Source: Myxococcota bacterium (GTDB taxonomy: Bacteria > Myxococcota > XYA12-FULL-58-9 > JABJBS01). From it: 64,000 nt of DNA. Made by a program: the position numbers and the translations under genes. Of this stretch, positions 52,953-63,149 are shown piece by piece. The notes under the pieces are model-generated. The model saw only the letters and a program-made list of their open reading frames with translations. It made no database searches and was not told the DNA's origin. The stretch spans positions 1 to 64,000 of the forward strand of contig JAYZAY010000078.1 in the NCBI GenBank assembly GCA_036339465.1. Reading direction: 5' to 3'. Every line of letters begins with the position of its first letter. Within the stretch, counting starts at the first letter, position 1.

Positions 52953-55532
52953 ATGAAGAGTCTCTCTAAGACATTTCTAATAGCCTGCATTTTTTCTTTT
53001 ACCGCTACCGCCTGTACAGGGAGCCTCAGCCGGCAAAACGGTAAAAATCCGCAGGATACCGATGAAATAGAAACGAAACAGGATCAAGCCAGCTATATCC
53101 CTGCTACCGGTGGCGAGTCTTTCAGTGATGGAGGTGAATTCTCCGTCTATATCCCTGCCGGTATCATTATTCCCAAAATCAGCACCGATCCTGGCGACAA
53201 CATCAGCGATAGCCGTGCAACCACCCAAGATTTGCCTAGCGCAAATGTGACAATTGTTTCCGTAGAGCCCAATGAAGTATTCACGGGTGCCTCCATTTCA
53301 AAAAGCTATGAAGTCAAGGTTGAATTAGAAAACGCTGAGTTTAGCTCACATGCTCTTTTCCATCTGCGTTACCATGTCGTTTCTGACAGCATCTCAGAAG
53401 AAGAACTCCAGAAGCGCGCTTTCGCCATTGAAAAAGACGACGAGGACAAACTAACTCTCCTTAAAGTAAGTAAACATACCGATGGCTTTATCTGGTCTTC
53501 ATCAACTGTTATCGAAGCCCGTTTTACCCTTCTCGACACTTCAGCTTTTTGCGTATGTGACCTAACGATCGATGAATGTGATTCAGACTGTGATTGCGAT
53601 AACATGTGCGCCGAAAGCACCCCTGACTCCGAAATAGGTGGGTCACTGAATTGCGACTCAGATCAGTTCTCATGCACAGGTGGAAATCAGTGTATCCCTG
53701 TCGCTTGGAAATGTGATGGTATCCCAAATTGCAATGACGGCAGCGATGAAATTATCGAAACGTGCCCCGATGCTGGAAATAATAGCGCAAACCCAGCAAC
53801 AACACCCATTGCCGATGACGAATACGAACCCGACGACACACACCGAGCAGCAACGGATATCGTTCTTGGCGAGCCCCAAACCCACAGTCTCCCTGATGGC
53901 GACAAGGATTTCGTTACATTTGAGTTAATACAATCTAAGGATGTCATCATCGAAACCGTGGGTAGTGCTGGCGGAGATACGAAGCTGACTCTCTATGACC
54001 AAACCCCCACAATCCTAGAAACCGACGCTGACGGCGGTGAAGGATACTTTTCAAAACTCGAAATGCGTAATCTGGATCCTGGCAAATATTATGTCGAAGT
54101 CTCCGGCTACAGCTGGGGCTCGTACTATGGTGACGGAATTCCGGCTTATACCCTCAGTGTAACCGCTACCGACCCACTTCCCGCCGCGCCCACAGACCTT
54201 ACGGCGACAGCAAACGAGGACGTGATGATTCTTTCTTGGACCCCAGTGGAAAACGCAATAGAATATGAGCTTCATTACGGAATGGACTCCGGCGCCCCTT
54301 ACCCTCTGGTTGGCTCCGACTTCGTCGCCGATCAAGGTGCCGGTCCTATTTTAACAACGGAGGCTGAGCTTACTCTGAACGGTCTTCAAAGAGGAAAGAC
54401 CTACTACTTCACTGTCCGAGCAAAATTCGATGGAGATATTTACAGCTATTACTCCACTCAAGTCGGCAAGATGCTACCAATCGAGCAAGATAGTTTCGAA
54501 CCAAACAATACCTGGGAAACAGCCACACCAATCGTAACCGGTGACACACATTCGCACTCTATTCATCAAAACGATGACAAGGACTTTTCGGTATTCACCA
54601 TAGCTGCTCCTGCAACCGTCACAGCTGAAACAACAGGAGTCGAGGGTGACACCATCATGTACATCTACGTTGTGGAAAATGGCGAATTGGTAGAAAAGTA
54701 CAAAAACGATGACAACAGCGATGACGACCGTGGTTTTGGGTACCGCTTCTCCAAGCTCGTTGTGGAACTCGATCCCGGAACTTACTACATCCAAGTAAAT
54801 CACTGGGGGATTGATTATGCCAGCGACACAAGCCCAAGAACCATTGCAAACTATGACCTATCCTTAGACGTCCAGCTGCACGTACCCGTGGTGGAGGGTC
54901 CAGACAGCTTCGACGCCACTACCACCGACAACATTTTAGCCGATGCTTCCAGCATCAATGTCGGTGATACACAGGAAAGAAACTTTCATAACGATACAGA
55001 TGTTGATTTTGTGGAGTTTACTCTAGCGATTGATTCAGACATTGCCGTTACAACTTCCGGAACCGCCGGAGGGACCATCATTACATTGCTCGATAATTCG
55101 GGTTCAGTTCTAGAAATCGTAGGTAGCTCTAGCTCCGCCACATTTCTTCCCCTTAACAGAACTCGGCTTCCAGCGGGAACCTATTACTTAGAAATCAGAA
55201 ACGCATTCCCCAATATGGGCTTTCCCTACACTTTAAACCTAAAAGCAGACGGCTACCCAACAGCACCATCAGGCATTACCATAACGCCCGCACCCGGAAA
55301 ATTGACCATCAGCTGGCCAGCTGTCGCAGGAGCAACCAGCTACAGGGTTTACTATGTTAATATGGCATGGCAGGATGCTGGTGAAGGAGAATCTCCCATC
55401 ACCGTGACGGCCCCCTCAATTGAGTTGACCGGGTTACCAACTGAACAGGCTACTTCAATCCGTATAAGCGCCCTAATTGATAACCGTGAAAGCACTAAAT
55501 CAGCAACGCATGACGCACGACCTCTGCCTTAG
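52953..55532 (+). CDS. Multidomain surface lipoprotein (Cys-rich module, LDL-receptor class A, PPC-like x3, FN3-like x2)
   Basis: Lipobox ATAC; CDSDQFSC..CIPVAWKCDGIPNCNDGSDE; DEYEPDD/DSFEPNN..LDPGxYY PPC-like repeats; PTDL..LSW..YYF.V FN3-like segments. Alternative starts at 52944 and 52947. Confidence 0.88.
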   Translation: MKSLSKTFLIACIFSFTATACTGSLSRQNGKNPQDTDEIETKQDQASYIPATGGESFSDGGEFSVYIPAGIIIPKISTDPGDNISDSRATTQDLPSANVTIVSVEPNEVFTGASISKSYEVKVELENAEFSSHALFHLRYHVVSDSISEEELQKRAFAIEKDDEDKLTLLKVSKHTDGFIWSSSTVIEARFTLLDTSAFCVCDLTIDECDSDCDCDNMCAESTPDSEIGGSLNCDSDQFSCTGGNQCIPVAWKCDGIPNCNDGSDEIIETCPDAGNNSANPATTPIADDEYEPDDTHRAATDIVLGEPQTHSLPDGDKDFVTFELIQSKDVIIETVGSAGGDTKLTLYDQTPTILETDADGGEGYFSKLEMRNLDPGKYYVEVSGYSWGSYYGDGIPAYTLSVTATDPLPAAPTDLTATANEDVMILSWTPVENAIEYELHYGMDSGAPYPLVGSDFVADQGAGPILTTEAELTLNGLQRGKTYYFTVRAKFDGDIYSYYSTQVGKMLPIEQDSFEPNNTWETATPIVTGDTHSHSIHQNDDKDFSVFTIAAPATVTAETTGVEGDTIMYIYVVENGELVEKYKNDDNSDDDRGFGYRFSKLVVELDPGTYYIQVNHWGIDYASDTSPRTIANYDLSLDVQLHVPVVEGPDSFDATTTDNILADASSINVGDTQERNFHNDTDVDFVEFTLAIDSDIAVTTSGTAGGTIITLLDNSGSVLEIVGSSSSATFLPLNRTRLPAGTYYLEIRNAFPNMGFPYTLNLKADGYPTAPSGITITPAPGKLTISWPAVAGATSYRVYYVNMAWQDAGEGESPITVTAPSIELTGLPTEQATSIRISALIDNRESTKSATHDARPLP

Positions 55533-55770
55533 TAAAGATCCTATTCACTAAATCCCGATTCCTTAAAGTTCATCCTCTGCCCATGATGTCAATGAATTCA
55601 GCAGTGGGGACGAAGCTTTGACAGACTTCTCAGTCTCATAATTCCCCAACCCAGCTATTCCCCTAAGCAACAATAACAACATTACTAATCATGGATCCCA
55701 GCTCCGCAGACATGCTACACTAAAATTAATTTGATCATCCAATCGGCTTTTTTGAGGGAGGGAACTCAAA

Positions 55771-56589
55771 ATGATGGAATATGATGGCGACGTTCACATA
55801 TCAGCAGAGAGCCAGCTCCTTGATTACTATGCATACGACCGTATCAATGGAAGTCTTGTTATTGAAAGTACTGATCTCATAGCACTGAAACTACCAGAGC
55901 TTAAAGAGATCACAGGGGATATCATTATCACCTACAATGAATATCTAAAAGATATTCGAAATCTGGATGCCGTCACAGTTGTAGAAGGAAATATCAAGAT
56001 CACCCACAACGAAACCCTATCAACGAAATCCGTTCAAGAATTTGTAGACCGAATAATAAAAGACGGAAAACTCGGTGGAAAATCCCTTGTCGAAAACAAT
56101 TTGGATGACGAGATTAAAGACCAAGGAACCTTCAATGGAGATGCAAATATTTCAGCGGACTCCGACGTATTAATGTTCTCCTCCTTTTCGAAAATAACCG
56201 GTAAATTGGTAGTGAGCGGTTTGACAGTAAATTCAATCGACTTTCCTATTTTAAAAGAGGTCGGTGGTGATCTTGATATATCGAATACCTCGTTGAAAAC
56301 GCTGGATGGCCTATGTCAATTGAGCCAGATAGGGGGTGAAGTTGCCATCATGGACAACAGCAGTCTTAAGGATATCAATCTAGAAAACTTAACGAACGTT
56401 AAAAAAGGCGTTACGATTCGCGATAACTCAGTGCTGGATTCAATTACTGGTCTCGAAAATCTAGAGCAGATCGGAGGTGATCTGGAAATCGTCTTCAATG
56501 TCTATTTGAGTAATAAAGAAGCGGAAAAACTATCCGAGGATATCGATGTTGCTGGTTCAATCACAGTAGCTGACAACGAAATGTATTGA
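55771..56589 (+). CDS. Receptor L-domain-like leucine-rich repeat protein
   Basis: Repeated L..I.G.L.I..N..L motifs; RBS GAGGGAGG. Confidence 0.8.
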   Translation: MMEYDGDVHISAESQLLDYYAYDRINGSLVIESTDLIALKLPELKEITGDIIITYNEYLKDIRNLDAVTVVEGNIKITHNETLSTKSVQEFVDRIIKDGKLGGKSLVENNLDDEIKDQGTFNGDANISADSDVLMFSSFSKITGKLVVSGLTVNSIDFPILKEVGGDLDISNTSLKTLDGLCQLSQIGGEVAIMDNSSLKDINLENLTNVKKGVTIRDNSVLDSITGLENLEQIGGDLEIVFNVYLSNKEAEKLSEDIDVAGSITVADNEMY

Positions 56590-56601
56590 GCACGGAGACA
56601 A

Positions 56602-57018
56602 TCACCGTGTTCCTCTCTCTTCTAAATAGGAATCAACCGCCTCCCTGACAACTTCATTAACATCCCGCTTTTCTTGAGTTGCTTTCTTCTTGAGGAATTT
56701 TATCTGCTCAGGGCGTAGAAAATAAACAGCATACTCATAAGTTCCGTAAGGTGCCTTTCCCCCAGAAACAATCGCAACATCGCCAGTTAAACGATTGATC
56801 TTATAGGTTTCTCGTAGACTACCTCCTAACTCATAGCGAGTACCCCAAAGAAAAAGGCCAATCGCACCAAAAAACAACACAGCAATGGTTATACCCCTAA
56901 AAAAACCAGACAACTGGCCGAAAGCAGCTCCAAGCTTAACGCCCCCCCTTGAGGAAGGGACATCTTTAACCTCTACTGCCTCATCATCTTCATCAAAGTC
57001 GTCGCGCTCGTCAACCAT
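56602..57018 (-). CDS. Single-pass membrane protein with C-terminal ribbon-helix-helix-like segment
   Basis: Acidic N-terminus, one TM helix, then VYFLRPEQIKFLKKKA..RDVNEVVREAVDSYL. Confidence 0.7.
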   Translation of the reverse strand: MVDERDDFDEDDEAVEVKDVPSSRGGVKLGAAFGQLSGFFRGITIAVLFFGAIGLFLWGTRYELGGSLRETYKINRLTGDVAIVSGGKAPYGTYEYAVYFLRPEQIKFLKKKATQEKRDVNEVVREAVDSYLEERGTR

Positions 57019-57100
57019 TACGCCACCGTCTGGTTACATTTTACCAACAATAAGTAAATCCTAGCGTTTTTTGGAGGCAGTGGCGAATTCTATGTAACTT

Positions 57101-57886
57101 TCATTCATACGAATTGATTTTAACAGGCTCTTGCAACCAAGCCCTTGTCACTCGTCGGACTTTTTCTAGCGCATCCAAACCTCGCCGCAGATGAAATGGA
57201 CCCACTTTGGGAAGTTTTGGCAAAGCCAATATCTCACTCTTGTTTCTCAAATCAGTGGGATCCATACTCTGTCTGGATTTAAACTTCGACCATGGACTTT
57301 GCTGAGGCAAGTAGTGCAAAACCCTTAGCTGACCCTCTTGAGTACCCGTTATTGCTGCCCTGTCGCGAATTCCACCATCTAAATACAACCGCCAACCAAT
57401 ACGAACTGGCCGGAACATGAGCGGTAAAGCACACGAGGCACGAATGGCATCCGCAACAATTCCCTTAGAAATCAGTCTCGTTTTCCTGGATACCAAATCA
57501 AAAACAACCGAATGAAAAGGAATCACACATTCATAAAAATAATGTACATTGCGCCGCGCGAGTAGCTCATCCAAATAACGCGCAAAACGTTCTCCCTTTA
57601 ATAACCCACCCACTGGAAATCCCAAATCCCAAAAATCTCTTCGCCTTAGCCCTCGTAACTCCGCTTCAATTTCGTGAGCACTTATCCCACTGGCCCACAG
57701 TCCGCCCGCCAAAGAGCCTGCGCTGGCACCAATGAGCGAACTGGGCACCACATCCTGCTCTTCGAGCGCGAAAAGAAAACCAGTGTGCGCATAAAATCCA
57801 AAAAATCCGGCCGAAAGAGAGAGCGTAAATGGTCTCTCTCTTAATAATTCACCGCGGGTTAAGGTAATACGTGCCCGTTTCTCCAA
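57101..57886 (-). CDS. Patatin-like phospholipase
   Basis: AGFFGFYAH, GASAG, ASCALP and DGG motifs. TTG start after GGGAGG. Confidence 0.9.
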   Translation of the reverse strand: MEKRARITLTRGELLRERPFTLSLSAGFFGFYAHTGFLFALEEQDVVPSSLIGASAGSLAGGLWASGISAHEIEAELRGLRRRDFWDLGFPVGGLLKGERFARYLDELLARRNVHYFYECVIPFHSVVFDLVSRKTRLISKGIVADAIRASCALPLMFRPVRIGWRLYLDGGIRDRAAITGTQEGQLRVLHYLPQQSPWSKFKSRQSMDPTDLRNKSEILALPKLPKVGPFHLRRGLDALEKVRRVTRAWLQEPVKINSYE

Positions 57887-57941
57887 GATATTCCTCCCAA
57901 AAGTCCTACGGTGAATCGGTAGCCATAAAAAAAACGATTCC

Positions 57942-58697
57942 TCAAGTAAATGGCATAGAAAGTTGACCACCATCGAGGTCAAGGATCGCTCCTGTCACCC
58001 ACTCGCTTTCCAAGAGAAACTTCACCAAAGGAAATACGTCTTCAGGACTACCCACTCGCCCCAGAGGTATTTGCTTACCTAAAGCAGAAACCTCCTCATT
58101 GGTCATACCACTAGACCCTTCTCGGGGTCGTCTTAGCATCGGAGTATCAACCGGCCCCAAACGAATACCGTTAACCCTCAATCCCTTGCCCGCTGCCAAC
58201 GATGAAATAGATCGAATCGCCATTTCCAGCCCTGCTTTGGCGATACTGTAGATGGGACTGCTTTCTATGGCGCGTACCGCCAAAGTCGATGAAAAGAGCA
58301 CCACAGAACCTGGGGTATTCATGGACGCCAGTGCTGCCTGAAGTAGTAATACCGGTGCGACCAAATCGACCTCTAATTGCAGACGAACGCTCTCAAGCCT
58401 AAACTCATCCCATGCCCCATGCTCAATGATCCCTGCGGCATGAACCCAGTGGTCAATCGATTCACCGTCGGCCTGCAACCGAGGAAATAACGCCGTAACT
58501 TCATCTGATAAAGACAAGTCACAATGATAGCTCGCTAACCTTTTCCCATATTTCGACTCGAGCTCCTTCAATTGATGGAACTTACGCCCGACAACCAAAA
58601 CCCTACATCCCTCAGACAAGAAATTCTCACAACAAACCAGCCCGATACCCGAAGTACCGCCCGTTAAAAGAATGGTTGGAGTTCCGTTTACAGACAT
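57942..58697 (-). CDS. Short-chain dehydrogenase/reductase
   Basis: TGGTSGIG, HAAG, YSIAK and VDTPML motifs. Confidence 0.9.
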   Translation of the reverse strand: MSVNGTPTILLTGGTSGIGLVCCENFLSEGCRVLVVGRKFHQLKELESKYGKRLASYHCDLSLSDEVTALFPRLQADGESIDHWVHAAGIIEHGAWDEFRLESVRLQLEVDLVAPVLLLQAALASMNTPGSVVLFSSTLAVRAIESSPIYSIAKAGLEMAIRSISSLAAGKGLRVNGIRLGPVDTPMLRRPREGSSGMTNEEVSALGKQIPLGRVGSPEDVFPLVKFLLESEWVTGAILDLDGGQLSMPFT

Positions 58698-58698
58698 A

Positions 58699-59454
58699 TC
58701 ATGACTCCGCGGGGTAATAAGTCCGAACTCTGATTAATTCTAAATCTCTCGGGGAAATATCAGTCGCAATTTCATCTTTACGAATAAATTTGGGCCGATC
58801 AACACAAAGGATGGTGCACTCTTCAGTCGAAGTATTTTGATAAGTATGAGGAAAGCCACGGGGCCAAAACCGACCTTCTCCAGGTAGAGCTGGGTGACCT
58901 TGCACCAAAAGCCCCGCCCCTAAAGTAAGTTCCGCTTCATCCATCTCTTTATGGTAGTGCACGGGAATTTCAGCGCCTGGGGCTACCCTCAAACGATAAA
59001 CCCCCACTTTCTTTGTCTCAAAAATCACATCGACAAACCCAAATATGGCTTCCTCAATCTCAAATTCATAATCTTGCACTTCTCGGTAAATCTCTATCGA
59101 CGGTTTAGCCCTACCGTCCAACGCTTCTGGTTTTGAAATATCTAAAGACACAGCTTGAACCTGAACTCGTGCACAATCAGCAGTAGGCGGCGCCAACACG
59201 TAACGTGCTATCCCTTCAGCTGCTTCCTCCAATAAATCGAATCGAGATGCCTCCAAAAGAAAACGAAGTTCACCACTCAACCGAGCATAATCAACTGTGT
59301 AGTTTATCCCCCCCAAAGCCGCTTCCCGAATGTCTACTGAAAGAGCAATATTCAAAACAACTTTTTGTTTACGAACTCGCTCGGAAGGGTAAATTCCAAC
59401 CATACACGCCACAGTCAAATCTCGAATATGGATGGTGTCGGCCGATCGCGTCAT
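58699..59454 (-). CDS. folB: Dihydroneopterin aldolase FolB fused to a C-terminal cupin
   Basis: VGIYPSER...Q, TVDY, LLEE and KPEA motifs; cupin PVHYHKEMDE..PHTYQN. Confidence 0.85.
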   Translation of the reverse strand: MTRSADTIHIRDLTVACMVGIYPSERVRKQKVVLNIALSVDIREAALGGINYTVDYARLSGELRFLLEASRFDLLEEAAEGIARYVLAPPTADCARVQVQAVSLDISKPEALDGRAKPSIEIYREVQDYEFEIEEAIFGFVDVIFETKKVGVYRLRVAPGAEIPVHYHKEMDEAELTLGAGLLVQGHPALPGEGRFWPRGFPHTYQNTSTEECTILCVDRPKFIRKDEIATDISPRDLELIRVRTYYPAES

Positions 59455-60173
59455 GTAATGGAACTCCCGCCATCAACGTTAATTCTCTGCCCATGAATAA
59501 AATCGCCCTCTCGAACCAAATAAAGAGCCAACTTTGCAATATCCTCAACACAACCGGTGCGCTTCAACGGTATGGTTTGTTTAATCGCCTCTTGTTCTGG
59601 CGGGGTAAAATTCTCAGGAAAAGCCACGGTGCCTGGGCCAATTCCATTCACTCGAACCTTCGGGGCCAACTCAAGAGCCATCAATTTCGTAAACATATCC
59701 AAGGCAGCTTTACTCATAAAGTAGTGGGAATATTTCTCATACGGATTATCTAAAGCCCCATCTGTTATATTCAAAATCACGGGTGCTTGGGATTTTTCCA
59801 AAAGGGGCAATAAACCTTGGCAGAGGAAAAACGGCGCCTCTACATTCACCTGAAACATTTCCCTCAAATCCGTATGACTAATGTCTGTAAAACCCTTTCG
59901 CCTATACAAACCCGCATTGTTTACCAAAACATCCAGCTCAGATGAGACCTTCATTGTCTCGGTTACAAGTGTTCGAACCCCTACATCCGTGGATAAATCC
60001 GCGACCACCAAAAATGCGGTGCTCCCGCAATTGCGACAGAACTCAGCCACCGACTGGCCGCTCTCTAAGGAATGATTAACATGGAGAACGAGGTCATATT
60101 TCTCCCGAGCAAAGGCCTCGGCAATAGCCTTACCGACACGTACACCTGCGCCCGTTATCAGTGCCATCGGCAT
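59451..60173 (-). CDS. folM: Pteridine reductase (FolM/PTR1-like SDR)
   Basis: TGAGVRVG (PTR1-type TGxxxRxG), NITD, YFMSK and LAPKVRVNGIGPG motifs. Confidence 0.82.
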   Translation of the reverse strand: MPMALITGAGVRVGKAIAEAFAREKYDLVLHVNHSLESGQSVAEFCRNCGSTAFLVVADLSTDVGVRTLVTETMKVSSELDVLVNNAGLYRRKGFTDISHTDLREMFQVNVEAPFFLCQGLLPLLEKSQAPVILNITDGALDNPYEKYSHYFMSKAALDMFTKLMALELAPKVRVNGIGPGTVAFPENFTPPEQEAIKQTIPLKRTGCVEDIAKLALYLVREGDFIHGQRINVDGGSSIT

Positions 60174-60204
60174 GGTAAATCACCTCGTCTCATTATACGC
60201 GAAA

Positions 60205-61650
60205 TCAACACTCGGCCCAAAGTTCAGCCATCCAAGCTTCCACTTCGTCAGAATCACGAGGCACGTCGGTCAAAACCTCAAAACCCGTTTTTGTCACCAA
60301 AACGTCATCTTCAATGCGGACCCCAATACCTCGATATTTCCTAGGCACTGTTAAATCATCCTTCTGAAAATACAGCCCTGGTTCAATGGTTAGAACCATA
60401 CCCGGCTCCAATAATCCTTTTCGGTAACGTTGCGGAGAGGCCCACGAACAATCGTGCACATCCATTCCCAACATGTGGGATACCCCATGCAAAGTAAATC
60501 GCTTGAAAAATTGATTTTCGGAATGCATGGCTTCTTCAGCCGTCCCCGGTAGTAGCTTCAATTTCTCCAACCCCTCTGCCAAAACTGCCATGGCGGCCCA
60601 ATGCGGAGCCAAGAATGAAGCACCGGGTTTAACTGCTTCGATGGCTGCTTTCTGCGAAGCGCGCACTAAGTCGTAAATGACTTTTTGAACTGGGGAATAT
60701 TTCCCACTGATCGGAAGAGTCCTCGTGACATCGGCGGTATAGAGATGTTGCCCCTCTATACCTGCATCCAAAAGCAATAAGTCCTTCTGACTTAACAAAC
60801 TGTCATTTCGACCCCAATGCAATATGCAGGCATTTGCCCCACCGGCAGCGATGACATTATATCCAACATCATTACCATCGATCCGAGCCCTAGCCACAAA
60901 TGCCGCCTCAACTTCTCTTTCCGTTTTAGCATCTTTCAAGCATCGAACCACATCATCAAAACCCCGACGCGTCATTTTACAAGCGTCTTTGAGTAAACCT
61001 ATTTCAAATCGGGATTTAATCAGGCGCATCTCGGAAATTGCGCTCATCAATTCTAAATTTTTCTTATGTTGCTTTGGTAAGACACCCTCTACAAGAGACG
61101 AAGCACCTTCTACCAATCGGAACGCATGTTTACCGAGTCTAATTGACCGTAGATATTCCGGTAGATCCGCTAAATTCCGACACGCATCAACCTGGAAACG
61201 ATGTAGACTCTCCTTAATGCCCAAACGCGGGCCCACCCACAACTCCCCCTTGTGGCGATCGGTAAAGAAAGTCGGTTCACTCCGCCCGGGGTTCGGTTCA
61301 ACAAAAAGGATATGCTTATGCCTCCTTCCCGCTGGCTCCATCACTAAAACACAATCTGCCTCTGCATTACCCGTCAAATAGAAGAAGTCGGTACCTGGCC
61401 GGAAACGAAAATGAGTGTCATTCGCCCGAACCTTCTCGTGTCCCGTAGGAACAATAAGATACTCTCCCTCAAATTCTTTCCCTAAGGTCGTCCGACGAAG
61501 GTCATAATGCTGAGCACCCCTTATCTTCTTGGGCATTTTTGGCATTTCGTTTTTCCAGCCTTGGAGCATAAAATCCACAAATGCTGGGGGATAAGGCTGA
61601 TCGTGGGCCACCTTAGACTTTTTCTTTGTCGTATTCTTTGTCGCTGTCAT
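60205..61650 (-). CDS. pepP: Xaa-Pro aminopeptidase (M24)
   Basis: FRPGTDFFYLTG, YTADVTRT, HMLGMDVHD, TIEPGLYF and GVRIEDD motifs. Confidence 0.93.
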   Translation of the reverse strand: MTATKNTTKKKSKVAHDQPYPPAFVDFMLQGWKNEMPKMPKKIRGAQHYDLRRTTLGKEFEGEYLIVPTGHEKVRANDTHFRFRPGTDFFYLTGNAEADCVLVMEPAGRRHKHILFVEPNPGRSEPTFFTDRHKGELWVGPRLGIKESLHRFQVDACRNLADLPEYLRSIRLGKHAFRLVEGASSLVEGVLPKQHKKNLELMSAISEMRLIKSRFEIGLLKDACKMTRRGFDDVVRCLKDAKTEREVEAAFVARARIDGNDVGYNVIAAGGANACILHWGRNDSLLSQKDLLLLDAGIEGQHLYTADVTRTLPISGKYSPVQKVIYDLVRASQKAAIEAVKPGASFLAPHWAAMAVLAEGLEKLKLLPGTAEEAMHSENQFFKRFTLHGVSHMLGMDVHDCSWASPQRYRKGLLEPGMVLTIEPGLYFQKDDLTVPRKYRGIGVRIEDDVLVTKTGFEVLTDVPRDSDEVEAWMAELWAEC

Positions 61651-61883
61651 GAAAACGTTGTTAGCAGCGACCACGCGGAGTCGCAACACATAGTCTTCAG
61701 CACTTCTACAAAGCCCAAAATAACATCAACAACTCCTTGTGCCCCCTCACGGCCGCCTTCCAAAACCGTGCCTACAGCTCCAATTCGTCGTAACCTTCCA
61801 CGAAAACCTCGGGCATAGGCTCACGAAAGGACAAAAATCACCACACTTGCAATAAAGGGCCGCACAACTCATAGATTGTAACC

Positions 61884-63149
61884 ATGCTCGCATACTTCAT
61901 CATACTTGGAATCATCGCGAATCCTCCCACAAAATTCGAGTATGTCTTGGAAGCAGAAATCGCATTGACATCCGATCAGCCGCACCTCGCTATCCAAGCA
62001 CTAGAAAAAGCACTAGAAACCGACTCAGAGGATATCGATATCCTCGCCGCTTTGGCGACCCTCTATTTTCAGGCCCAGAAATTTGAACGTGCGGAAGAAT
62101 TGTTTGCCACGTTACTTCAATTCGACCCTTACGACGATGAAAGCAGAATCCTCTATACCAAAACACTCGGCCATCAGCATAAAATCGAAGAAGCTATGGG
62201 CGAACAAAGGAAGCTGGAAAAACGCCACCCAGAACTAACAGAACTCGTTGCCCTAAGAAAAAATCTTGAATCCAATAGCTTGGCCCCAACCTATCCTCGA
62301 ACTTGGACCCCGTTTACAGCAATCCGCGCCACCACAGGCTTCGATTCAAATTATGGGCTACTCCCCTCTCTAACCTCCGTTAACAGTCTTGGTTTTCACC
62401 AAGCGATACCCATGACGCTTGAATTCACCGGAGGGATATCCGTTCGAGGCTTTCGTGATTCAACTGCGCTCTTTGGCTACATAAGCACTCAACACAGTGC
62501 CCAGAACTTCTCCGTGTTTGAAGAAATTATGCCAAACACCCTCGGCCTCATCGGAACAACGCAATGGTCACTGGGGACGGTCTCACTCGCTGGCATTTTC
62601 GGTTTTGAGGAACTCTTTACCAAGCACTTCACAAAGCACTATCAACGCAGCACCTGGCTGGAAGCAGCCGTTGAATATCATGTTCAAACCAAAACAAAGC
62701 TGTTCACGAAAATCCAATCCTCACTCCGCAAAGCAGTTGATAGACCCCTCGATCCACTCTTTGATTTTTCCGTAGGTTACGAGCAAATGCTCTCGCCCTG
62801 CACCCTCACCCTAGAAAGCTATTTTAAACAATCATTCGGCCAATCAGCCGACAGCACCGTCCTGAGTTACGCCGATTCCGGATACCAAGAGCTCGGTGCA
62901 CGTCTCGGGTTAAAGACAAAACTCCCATTCAATCTCAACAACCACACCCGTGTTGAATACTCCGCCAAAACCTTCGACGTGGAACTCGACGAAGCACTCT
63001 GGGGCCTGGAAGACCGACTCAATTGGGAGAAAGATTGGGGAACCCTATTTCTGACTTATCGATTTACGATTAATTATTCCGCCCATGAAACTCGAGACTA
63101 TGAGCGGCATCAAATACAAGCAGGAATCCAGCTATGGTACACCATGTAA
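61884..63149 (+). CDS. TPR-repeat protein with C-terminal outer-membrane beta-barrel
   Basis: N-terminal TPRs, GFDSN motif, amphipathic strands ending GIQLWY. Confidence 0.8.
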   Translation: MLAYFIILGIIANPPTKFEYVLEAEIALTSDQPHLAIQALEKALETDSEDIDILAALATLYFQAQKFERAEELFATLLQFDPYDDESRILYTKTLGHQHKIEEAMGEQRKLEKRHPELTELVALRKNLESNSLAPTYPRTWTPFTAIRATTGFDSNYGLLPSLTSVNSLGFHQAIPMTLEFTGGISVRGFRDSTALFGYISTQHSAQNFSVFEEIMPNTLGLIGTTQWSLGTVSLAGIFGFEELFTKHFTKHYQRSTWLEAAVEYHVQTKTKLFTKIQSSLRKAVDRPLDPLFDFSVGYEQMLSPCTLTLESYFKQSFGQSADSTVLSYADSGYQELGARLGLKTKLPFNLNNHTRVEYSAKTFDVELDEALWGLEDRLNWEKDWGTLFLTYRFTINYSAHETRDYERHQIQAGIQLWYTM

